Assembly (NCBI GenBank): GCA_029564935.1
Contig: JAKQPD010000301.1
Span: 10,986-74,985 of the forward strand
Reading direction: 5' to 3'
DNA: 64,000 nucleotides
From: Bacteroidota bacterium
GTDB lineage: Bacteria; Bacteroidota; Bacteroidia; Bacteroidales; VadinHA17
Shown here: positions 36,867 to 44,464 of the stretch, piece by piece
Position numbering within the stretch: position 1 is the first letter of the stretch
Layout: each line of letters opens with the position of its first letter
Made by a program: the position numbers and the translations under genes
The notes under the pieces: generated by a model
Told to the model about the DNA's origin: nothing
What the model saw: the letters and a program-made list of their open reading frames with translations, nothing else
The model's database searches: none

Positions 36867-37766
36867 ATGAAATATTACAGTCTGTTATTTACCTTCTTAA
36901 TGCTTCTGAACTTCATGGCTGCAGCCCAGGATAATGATATTTCCGGAATAATCAGAGATGGAACTCAGGTTGAAAAGCTTTCAGGAGAGTTTATATTTAC
37001 TGAAGGTCCGGTTGCCGATTCCCGCGGCAACGTTTACTTTACCGATCAGCCAAACGACAGAATAATGGTCTGGACGATTGAAGATAAGCTTGCCACATAC
37101 ATGCAACCTTCGGGCAGATCGAACGGACTTTTTTTTGACAGCAAAGGCAATCTCTGGTCCTGTGCTGATGAAAACAATGCTCTCTGGAAAATAGGACCGG
37201 GCAAAAATGTGGAAGTTATCCTGAACAAATACAATGATAAGCTCCTGAACGGCCCGAATGATCTCTGGATCGCTCCTGATGGCGGCGTCTATTTTACTGA
37301 TCCCTTTTACAGACGGTCGTGGTGGGCTCACAAAGACATGCCTCAGGAAAAACAATGTGTTTATTATCTTAAACCGGAGCACAGAACACTTATAAGAGTA
37401 GCCGATGATCTTCAGCAACCCAACGGAATCATAGGTACAAAAGACGGTAAAACCCTGTATGTGGCTGATATACGGGCTAATAAAACATGGTCCTATTCAA
37501 TAGCGGAAGACGGTACTCTCACAGCAAAGAAGCTCTTTTGTGAACTGGGTTCTGACGGAATGACAATTGATAATAAAGGAAATATCTATCTGACAGGCAA
37601 AGGAGTAACAGTATTTGATAAAACCGGCAGACAGATCGGCAATATAGCAGTTCCGGAGAACTGGACTGCAAATGTGTGCTTCGGCGGCCGGGACAGAAAA
37701 AGCCTATATATTACAGCAAGCAAAGGATTATACAGAATCCGTACACGTAAAAAAGGAGTATATTGA
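36867..37766 (+). CDS. SMP-30/gluconolactonase/LRE-family protein, secreted
   Basis: Sec signal MKYYSLLFTFLMLLNFMAAAQ. Beta-propeller motifs FTEGPV, NGLFFD, PNDLWIAPDG, PNGI, DGMTID. Confidence 0.8.
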   Translation: MKYYSLLFTFLMLLNFMAAAQDNDISGIIRDGTQVEKLSGEFIFTEGPVADSRGNVYFTDQPNDRIMVWTIEDKLATYMQPSGRSNGLFFDSKGNLWSCADENNALWKIGPGKNVEVILNKYNDKLLNGPNDLWIAPDGGVYFTDPFYRRSWWAHKDMPQEKQCVYYLKPEHRTLIRVADDLQQPNGIIGTKDGKTLYVADIRANKTWSYSIAEDGTLTAKKLFCELGSDGMTIDNKGNIYLTGKGVTVFDKTGRQIGNIAVPENWTANVCFGGRDRKSLYITASKGLYRIRTRKKGVY

Positions 37767-37879
37767 TCAATAAATAGCGCCGTTTGTCAAAACGGACGGT
37801 GCTTCCTTCAGCTTAAGCCGGTTTTTAATTAAAATTGTATCCTTAAAGAAAAAGGAGAAATCCCGAATATTTTATTGGA

Positions 37880-38080
37880 TTGCTAAATATGGAAGGAACA
37901 CGAAGGGCAGACATCAGACCCGGGATAGCGGTACTGGTAGAATTAAGTGAGGACAAACGCAGCGGAAGGCTTACAGGAGGAAGAGTAAAGGAGATTTTGA
38001 CAACGGCACCCATACACCCCCACGGGATAAAGGTAGTGCTTGATAACGGACGAATCGGAAGAATAAAGCAGATAATCTGA
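37880..38080 (+). CDS. YwbE-family small protein (DUF2196)
   Basis: 66 aa. RADIRPG..V.....DKRSGRLTGG.V..ILT....HPHGIKV.L.NG.IGR resembles the YwbE family signature. Confidence 0.7.
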   Translation: MLNMEGTRRADIRPGIAVLVELSEDKRSGRLTGGRVKEILTTAPIHPHGIKVVLDNGRIGRIKQII

Positions 38081-38107
38081 CATTTCTGCAAAAAGACTTA
38101 TTCATTA

Positions 38108-38135
38108 CCCGGTCGTTTAACCGGGATTCTTTATT
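38108..38135 (+). terminator. Possible rho-independent terminator
   Basis: CCCGG-tcgtttaa-CCGGG followed by a T-rich stretch (attctttattt). Confidence 0.4.
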
Positions 38136-38158
38136 TATCCATCATTCATAAATTTAAG

Positions 38159-38166
38159 TAAATTTG
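38159..38166 (+). promoter_or_regulatory. Candidate -7 box (TAAATTTG) for the second PFK gene
   Basis: Matches TAnnTTTG, 49 nt upstream of the ATG at 38215. Confidence 0.35.
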
Positions 38167-38214
38167 CACTGGCAAAAAACAGTGTATTTAAACCTTTTGA
38201 TTTAATGATAAGTT

Positions 38215-39552
38215 ATGGAAAATTCAATGAGATATGAGGATTTTCTGGTCACGTCACTTGGAAACAGTAATGTGGTTACTCCCCTTAAACAGGGTCAGCG
38301 TGATGATAGTCCGGTCTATAAATTCGTAAAAGATGATGAAAGGATCCTGTATGATGCATCGATAAGTTATTTTAATAATTGCATGGCAACAGGAGAAACT
38401 CCGGTATCATTTGAAAAAGCCGGACCCAAGGAGAATTTATTTTTTGAACCCGCAAAGACAAAAGTCGGGATTGTTACCTGTGGCGGATTGTGCCCTGGTG
38501 TAAACAATGTTATAAGAGCACTTGTAAATCAGCTGACTTACAGGTATGGCATCAGCAGGATACTTGGAATAAACTACGGTTATGAAGGTTTAGTATCGAA
38601 ATATAATCATCCGGTTGTTGAGCTTACCGCACCGATGGTAAGCGACATTCATCTTTCGGGCGGTACATTCCTGGGCACATCCCGCGGGAATCAGAAAGTT
38701 GAAGAGATGGTCGATACGCTCGAAATACTTAATATCAATATTCTTTTCTGTATTGGTGGTGACGGTACTTTGAGAGGTGCACATGCAATTCACGAGGAAA
38801 TAAAAAAGAGAAATTTAAAAATTGCGGTGGCAGGTATACCGAAAACAATTGACAATGATATTGATCTTATACAGAAATCATTTGGCTTTGAAACGGCTTT
38901 TTCGATTGCTACAGATGTAATCAGTAATGCGCATAATGAAGCACACAGTGCATATAACGGGATTGCACTTGTAAAACTTATGGGACGTGATTCAGGCTTC
39001 ATTGCAGCAAGCGCATCCCTGGCAATCCAGGAAGCAAATTTTGTTCTTGTTCCTGAGGTTCCTTTTGATCTTTACGGACCAAGAGGTTTTCTCAGACTTC
39101 TTCGCAAACGCCTTGAAGAAAGGCACCATGCTGTAGTTGTAGTCGCAGAAGGAGCCGGCCAGGAATTGTTTGAATCGGGCGAAATGCAGAAAGATGCATC
39201 AGGAAATATCAAACATAAAGACATTGGGCTATACCTTAAAGAAAAAATAAAGGAGGAATTCGACGCCAAGGGATTCCCATATTCAATCAAATATATTGAC
39301 CCAAGCTATATAATCCGTAGCGCAACTGCCAACGCAAACGACAGCAAATTCTGCAGTCTTCTGGCCCAGAATGCCGTCCATGCAGCCGTCGCAGGAAAAA
39401 CAGATTTTGTGGTAGGCTACTGGAATTATGAATTTACACTCATTCCTATCCCGATGGCTGTCAGACAAAGAAAGAAAATTGATGTCGAAGGCGAACTGTG
39501 GTGGAATGTCCTAGAAGCTACCGGCCAGCCGATAAGCATGAAGAATCCCTGA
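38215..39552 (+). CDS. 6-phosphofructokinase, long form, ATP-dependent type by the Gly104-equivalent residue
   Basis: GIVTCGGLCPGVNN, GGDGT (Gly at the E. coli Gly104 position), PKTIDND, LMGRDSG. Confidence 0.8.
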   Translation: MENSMRYEDFLVTSLGNSNVVTPLKQGQRDDSPVYKFVKDDERILYDASISYFNNCMATGETPVSFEKAGPKENLFFEPAKTKVGIVTCGGLCPGVNNVIRALVNQLTYRYGISRILGINYGYEGLVSKYNHPVVELTAPMVSDIHLSGGTFLGTSRGNQKVEEMVDTLEILNINILFCIGGDGTLRGAHAIHEEIKKRNLKIAVAGIPKTIDNDIDLIQKSFGFETAFSIATDVISNAHNEAHSAYNGIALVKLMGRDSGFIAASASLAIQEANFVLVPEVPFDLYGPRGFLRLLRKRLEERHHAVVVVAEGAGQELFESGEMQKDASGNIKHKDIGLYLKEKIKEEFDAKGFPYSIKYIDPSYIIRSATANANDSKFCSLLAQNAVHAAVAGKTDFVVGYWNYEFTLIPIPMAVRQRKKIDVEGELWWNVLEATGQPISMKNP

Positions 39553-39553
39553 T

Positions 39554-40177
39554 ATGATAAAAAATATAATCTTCGACCTGGGAAATGTCCTCCTGAGCTG
39601 GAAACCAGGTGAGTATTTTGAAAGATCAGGTTATGATATTGATACAGTCAACCTGATTTTAAACGATGTATTTAAAAGTCCTGAATGGCTTAGCCTTGAC
39701 AATGGAGATCTGTCCACTCCCGAAGCAATAGACCAAATCGCAGAAAGATCATCCCTGAAAAAGGATTATATATGCTCTCTGTTTGACCTCAGGACAAATA
39801 TAATCTATCCCCTCAATGATAACATAAAACTCCTTCCTGAGCTAAAGAAAAAGGGATTTAAGCTATACTTTCTTTCTAACTTCCCCCTCGACTTTTTTGA
39901 GGAAGTGAAAAATAAATATGAATTCTTCAGTTTTTTTGACGGAGGAATCATTTCTGCCGAAGTCAGACATTCAAAACCAGATATTAAAATCTACAGGATC
40001 TTACTTGATAAATATAATCTTCTTCCGGAAGAGTGTTTTTATATCGACGATATTGAAATCAATGTCAGGGCAGCTATGTCAGCCGGTATAAAAGGTTTTT
40101 GCAATTATGGCTCTCATGTTTTTTCAGAAGACCTTTATAAAATGCTGGACAGTATAATTTCTGAAGCCGGCCGGTAA
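39554..40177 (+). CDS. HAD-superfamily hydrolase (subfamily IA-like)
   Basis: Motif I IIFDLGNVL, motif II LSN, motif III/IV K...YIDDI. The start overlaps the stop region of the PFK gene (tgatATG). Confidence 0.75.
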   Translation: MIKNIIFDLGNVLLSWKPGEYFERSGYDIDTVNLILNDVFKSPEWLSLDNGDLSTPEAIDQIAERSSLKKDYICSLFDLRTNIIYPLNDNIKLLPELKKKGFKLYFLSNFPLDFFEEVKNKYEFFSFFDGGIISAEVRHSKPDIKIYRILLDKYNLLPEECFYIDDIEINVRAAMSAGIKGFCNYGSHVFSEDLYKMLDSIISEAGR

Positions 40178-40290
40178 TCAAAATCTGATTTTTTGATCCC
40201 TGACGAGTTAATCAAAAGGAATTTAGCGGTTATAATATTGTATATAAAGATATTATCCAATATTTAATAAAGTAATGCTCCAGTAAGCAT

Positions 40291-42084
40291 TCAGGGAAGA
40301 TTTTTAAGAAATTCAGTTAAAATAGATGCTTTTTTTCTTCCGATAAGATTTTCGAGATCTTTTTCGGGTATCATCCGGATTTTTTCAACGGAGCCGATTT
40401 TTTTCAATAAGATCTCTTTAGTTTTAATTCCTATCCCTTTTATTTCATCCAGATCAGATTTTGTCATTACGGATGATCGTTTATCCCTGTGGAAATTTAT
40501 TCCGAACCTGTGTGCTTCATTTCTTATCTGCTGAATTATTTTAAGGCTGATTGAGTTTTTATCAAGGTAAATCGGGACACTGTCACCCGGGAAATAAATT
40601 TCCTCAAGTTTCTTTGCAATCCCTATTACAGTGACTTTCTCATGAAGATTCAGTTTTTTGAGGCTTTTCATTGCAGAAGACAGCTGTCCTTTCCCACCGT
40701 CAATTATTACCAGCTGAGGCAGATTTTCGCCCTCTTCAGACATTCTCTTATATCTTCTGTAAACTATCTCTTCCATTGATGAGAAGTCATCAGGACCGGT
40801 TACTGTTTTGACGTTAAAATGACGGTAATCCTTCTTACTGGGTTTTGCGTTTCTGAAAACAACACAGGCAGCTACAGGATTGCTTCCCATTATATTTGAG
40901 TTGTCAAAACATTCTATATGTGCTGGTACTTCGCTCATATGCAGATCGTTCCGTAACTTTTCAAGATTCTTTAAAGATCTGTCGGCCGGTAATATAATTT
41001 CTCTCCTTTTTTTCTGTTCAAGCTTGTAATACAATGCATTACGCTCAGACAGCTGAAGAAGTCGCAGCTTATCACCTCTTACCGGAACAGTATATCTGAT
41101 CCCTTCAAATTGTATATCAGGTTTAAATGGCACTATTACTTCAGGGGAGTCGCTTAAAATACGTTGACGTATTTCGGTTATCGAGAATCCAAGGAGTGAT
41201 TCTTTTTCCTCATCGACCCTGGTTTTTAGATCCAATGTATAGGCCTGGATGATTGCGCCATTAACGACCTTCATAAAATTAACATAGGTGTTATCACTAT
41301 CCTGAGTCATGGCGAACACATCAACATTTTTTATAGTGGAGCTTACCACTGCCGACCGGCTTCTGAATCTGGACAGGATATCGATCTTTTCCTTGATTGT
41401 CTGTGCTTCTTCAAACCTCATATCCTGTGAATATCCCATCATTACTGCCTTCAGATGGTCTATGACCGTAGATATATTTCCTTTAAGTATTTCTTTTATC
41501 TGCTGAATGTTCTCACAATAATCATCTTCAGTCTGAAGCCCGACGCAGGGTCCTTTACAATTACCCATATGATACTCCAGACAAACCCTGAACTTTCCCG
41601 ATTCAATATTGGATTTTGTCAGGCTGAGGCTGCAGGTTCTGATTTTATAAAGACTTCTTATGAGCTCAATAAGAGTCTTTACCATCAATCCGGATGTATA
41701 TGGGCCGTAATAAAATGATCCGTCTTTAATTGTATTCCGTGTACTGAAGACCCTGGGGAAAGGCTCTTTTTTTATGCATATCCATGGGAATGTCTTATCG
41801 TCTTTCAGGAGAATGTTATATCTGGGCTGGTGTTTTTTAATTATGTTGTTCTCAAGTAATAATGCATCCGACTCATTATCAACAACTATATGACGTAATC
41901 CATATGCTTTTTTCAGCATTACCGATGTTTTGCCCGACTGGTTTTTGGAAAAGTAAGAACTAACTCTTTTTTTAAGGTTTTTGGCCTTTCCGGCATATAT
42001 AATATTCCCGTTAATATCAAGGAATTGATATACACCAGGTTTGCCCGGCAGCAGACTTAATATTTCTTCAGGGTTAAGTGGCAT
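40291..42084 (-). CDS. uvrC: Excinuclease ABC subunit C
   Basis: GIY-YIG (GVYQFLD...IIYAGKAKNLKKRVSSY), UvrBC-interaction region, Endo V-like domain, C-terminal (HhH)2. I moved the start to 42084 (MPLNPEE); the ORF-track start at 42186 lies inside the repeat element. Confidence 0.9.
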   Translation of the reverse strand: MPLNPEEILSLLPGKPGVYQFLDINGNIIYAGKAKNLKKRVSSYFSKNQSGKTSVMLKKAYGLRHIVVDNESDALLLENNIIKKHQPRYNILLKDDKTFPWICIKKEPFPRVFSTRNTIKDGSFYYGPYTSGLMVKTLIELIRSLYKIRTCSLSLTKSNIESGKFRVCLEYHMGNCKGPCVGLQTEDDYCENIQQIKEILKGNISTVIDHLKAVMMGYSQDMRFEEAQTIKEKIDILSRFRSRSAVVSSTIKNVDVFAMTQDSDNTYVNFMKVVNGAIIQAYTLDLKTRVDEEKESLLGFSITEIRQRILSDSPEVIVPFKPDIQFEGIRYTVPVRGDKLRLLQLSERNALYYKLEQKKRREIILPADRSLKNLEKLRNDLHMSEVPAHIECFDNSNIMGSNPVAACVVFRNAKPSKKDYRHFNVKTVTGPDDFSSMEEIVYRRYKRMSEEGENLPQLVIIDGGKGQLSSAMKSLKKLNLHEKVTVIGIAKKLEEIYFPGDSVPIYLDKNSISLKIIQQIRNEAHRFGINFHRDKRSSVMTKSDLDEIKGIGIKTKEILLKKIGSVEKIRMIPEKDLENLIGRKKASILTEFLKNLP

Positions 42085-42097
42085 GATACAAAGATAG

Positions 42098-42353
42098 CAA
42101 TTATAGTAACGGATTGCTTCGGTGTTGCGTAATGATGATCGGAACGGATTGCTTCGTCGCCCCGCCATAGGCGGGCCTCCTCGCAATGACGGTAATTCTC
42201 CCGCCGCATCGTGTTACCGTCATTGCGAGGAGCCCCGCTGCGCGGGATAAACTCCGCGACGAAGCAATCCGTTACTAGAAACCGAATGTCTCTCCGAAAC
42301 TTTCCTTTCCGCGTAACCACACGAAGCGACGAAGCAATCCTATACTATAATTG
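42098..42353. repeat. GC-rich nested inverted-repeat element (REP/MITE-like or structured RNA) filling the ade-uvrC spacer
   Basis: Three nested inverted-repeat pairs. 42098-42121 with 42330-42353 (22/24). 42143-42160 with 42256-42273 (18/18). 42177-42195 with 42214-42232 (19/19). Each half also has a small GC hairpin (42161-42175; 42234-42246). Confidence 0.75.
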
Positions 42354-42358
42354 GTAGG

Positions 42359-43978
42359 TTACTCCGTAAACAGTGCCATGTGGCTGAAAGATCTCACATC
42401 GAAGAGTCCCTTGTCACTTAGCTTGATTTCCGGGATCACCAGCAGGGCCATGAATGACATGGTCATAAAAGGTGCCGACATGGAGCAACCAAGTCTTTTA
42501 ACCATATCCGATAAATACTCATATTGTTGAGCCACTTCAGAACAAGGCATATCCGACATTATCCCTGCAACATTAAGTTGAAGGGAACAGACCTTCTGCC
42601 CGTCAGCGACTGCAAGTCCTCCTTTAAGTCTGACGATTTCGTTTACTACCTGTACGATATCCTCATCCCTGACGCCGATAGCAATGATATTATGGCTGTC
42701 GTGTGCCACTGAACTTGCAAATGCCCCATTCTTAAGTCCGAATCCTTTAACAAAGGCCACTGCCGGACCCGCATCCCTGTATCTGTCTTTTACGATGATC
42801 TTCAGAATATCTTCAGAAGTATCAGTTTCACAAATACTGTCATTCCCTGTTTCCCTTATTATTTCCTTTGTAAATAGATCTCCGTCGAAAGCAGTGATTA
42901 TTCTTATTTCCCTGCCTCTGTTTTTTACTGTGAGCTCATTTTTGTTTATATCTGAGCAATGAAAATTATTTACTGGAATTCCGGATTTATATTCGAACAG
43001 TACTTTCCCGTTATCATAAACTTTTTCCCCGTTGATCCATGTTTCCGTTACATTCATCTTATCGGGGCTGTCAGTAATTATGAAGTCGGCATTGTCTCCC
43101 TGACGAAGTAATCCTGCATCCAGTTTATAGTGGGTCACCGGATTTATTGTTACACTTCTGATAACGTCAAAAAGATCATATCCTTCATTTATAAGGATGG
43201 CCACAAGTTTATCGAGATGTCTTTTCTGAAGCATTTCCGGGTGTATATCATCACTGCTGAGCATTATCATGCCGGGAGCTAATCTGTAGAGATCTTTAAG
43301 TGCGTTCAGATTTCTCCCTGCACTGCCTTCACGGATTATAACTTTCATGCCCAGGGAAATTTTTTCGAGTGCTTCCTCCAGCGAATTACATTCATGATCT
43401 GTGGATATACCAGCCTTTATGTATTTTCTGAGCTCCTCACCTCTCAGCCCGGGGGCATGTCCGTCAACCGGTTTGTTTAATTTCCTGGCTATATCAATTT
43501 TTCTCAATACATCCTTATTTCCGTTAATCACACCCGGAAAATTCATCATTTCGGCGAGATATTTTATTTCATCCCTGTTGAGCAGAAGTTCTATTTCCTC
43601 CGGACCTAATTTTGCTCCGCCCGATTCAAATTCCGTAGCCGGTACACAAGATGGTGCACCGAAATAGAATCTGAAAGGAGTTTTTCTCCCGTCATTTATC
43701 ATATAGTTTACACCCTCTATTCCCAGGACATTTGCTATTTCATGTGGATCAGAGACGGTTCCAACTGTTCCACGTGAAACAGCTGCAGCAGCAAATGAAC
43801 CCGGAGTGATCATTGAACTCTCAATATGGATATGCGCATCAATAAGTCCAGGCATTATAAACCTGTCAGGAACAAGTTCTTTCTTATAAATATCTTTAAT
43901 TCTGCCCTCACTTATGCATATTCCTCCTCCGAATATCTTTCTGTCATGTATGTCCACTATTTTACCTTCCATTTTCAT
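42359..43978 (-). CDS. ade: Adenine deaminase
   Basis: 539 aa. Amidohydrolase metal site PGLIDAHIHIESSM. GTVSDPHEIANV. DGHAPG. The C-terminal domain is typical of Ade. Confidence 0.9.
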   Translation of the reverse strand: MKMEGKIVDIHDRKIFGGGICISEGRIKDIYKKELVPDRFIMPGLIDAHIHIESSMITPGSFAAAAVSRGTVGTVSDPHEIANVLGIEGVNYMINDGRKTPFRFYFGAPSCVPATEFESGGAKLGPEEIELLLNRDEIKYLAEMMNFPGVINGNKDVLRKIDIARKLNKPVDGHAPGLRGEELRKYIKAGISTDHECNSLEEALEKISLGMKVIIREGSAGRNLNALKDLYRLAPGMIMLSSDDIHPEMLQKRHLDKLVAILINEGYDLFDVIRSVTINPVTHYKLDAGLLRQGDNADFIITDSPDKMNVTETWINGEKVYDNGKVLFEYKSGIPVNNFHCSDINKNELTVKNRGREIRIITAFDGDLFTKEIIRETGNDSICETDTSEDILKIIVKDRYRDAGPAVAFVKGFGLKNGAFASSVAHDSHNIIAIGVRDEDIVQVVNEIVRLKGGLAVADGQKVCSLQLNVAGIMSDMPCSEVAQQYEYLSDMVKRLGCSMSAPFMTMSFMALLVIPEIKLSDKGLFDVRSFSHMALFTE

Positions 43979-44030
43979 TTCATATCTGGTTTAGGGTTCA
44001 ATTCTTGCGTTTATAATTCTCTTTTCGTAA

Positions 44031-44092
44031 GCGCCGCAGGGGCTCAACGGCTTAACGGCGCAGGGGCTCAACGGCGCAGGGGTACAACTGCG
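44031..44092. repeat. GC-rich short tandem repeats (cgcaggggctcaacgg x2 plus a partial third)
   Basis: Identical 16-mers at 44035-44050 and 44059-44074. cgcagggg occurs again at 44075-44082. A related block (aacggcgca..., 44308-44341) lies on the far side of the pyrimidine tract. Confidence 0.7.
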
Positions 44093-44100
44093 AACATGCT

Positions 44101-44300
44101 CTTTGCTTCCCGTAATTTTCTTTTGTTCTCACTCCCCCTTATATTGCTCTTCACATTTCGTCATTCTGTCTTTCTTCTCCTTCTTCCTTTCGTCTCTTCA
44201 TCTCTTCTTCCCTTTATCTCCCCTTCTTTTCATCTCCTCTTCCCTACTCTTATTCACCATTTCTCCTCATCTCCTCTTCTCCTCTTCAATTCGTTTCTAT
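44101..44300. repeat. Roughly 200-bp polypyrimidine (top strand) / polypurine (bottom strand) low-complexity tract
   Basis: The top strand is almost devoid of G (single digits by eye) and is built from tctc/ttcc/ctcctcttc motifs. Two overlapping low-complexity plus-strand ORFs exist here, and the minus strand has stops in all frames. Confidence 0.75.
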
Positions 44301-44440
44301 GGTACATGGCACAACGGCGCAACGGTACAGAGGCACAGGGGTTATATTTCTTCTATGGTCACTTCAGAAAATTTCCAGGTACTCGCATAAATGCCACTAA
44401 TTAGAATTTATATTTTTAAAAATATTTTATAAGTAAATAA

Positions 44441-44464
44441 AAAATGTTCCACGTGGAACATTTT
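44441..44464 (-). terminator. 24-bp perfect palindrome overlapping the mnmG stop codon; probable terminator hairpin
   Basis: AAAATGTTCCACGTGGAACATTTT. On the minus strand it is followed by T-rich sequence (ttatttactt...). Confidence 0.5.

Noticed and set aside
37780-37795. A hairpin ccgttt-gtca-aaacgg after the lactonase gene, considered as a terminator.
   Set aside because: It has only a 6-bp AT-containing stem and no downstream T-tract, which is too weak to call.
42057-42320. An 87-aa minus-strand ORF spanning the GC-rich palindromic element, and the 34 extra N-terminal codons of the ORF-track uvrC model (up to 42186).
   Set aside because: The sequence is translated inverted-repeat DNA: an Arg/Asp/Glu-rich stretch with mirror-image peptide strings. 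It overlaps the uvrC 5' extension. The canonical UvrC N-terminus begins at the Met at 42084.
43826-44404. Plus-strand ORFs of 192 aa and 95 aa (44103-44390) across the pyrimidine tract.
   Set aside because: Two overlapping frames are open only because the tract lacks purine-containing stop codons. The products are Leu/Ser/Phe/Pro low-complexity strings. The first ORF also begins antisense inside ade.
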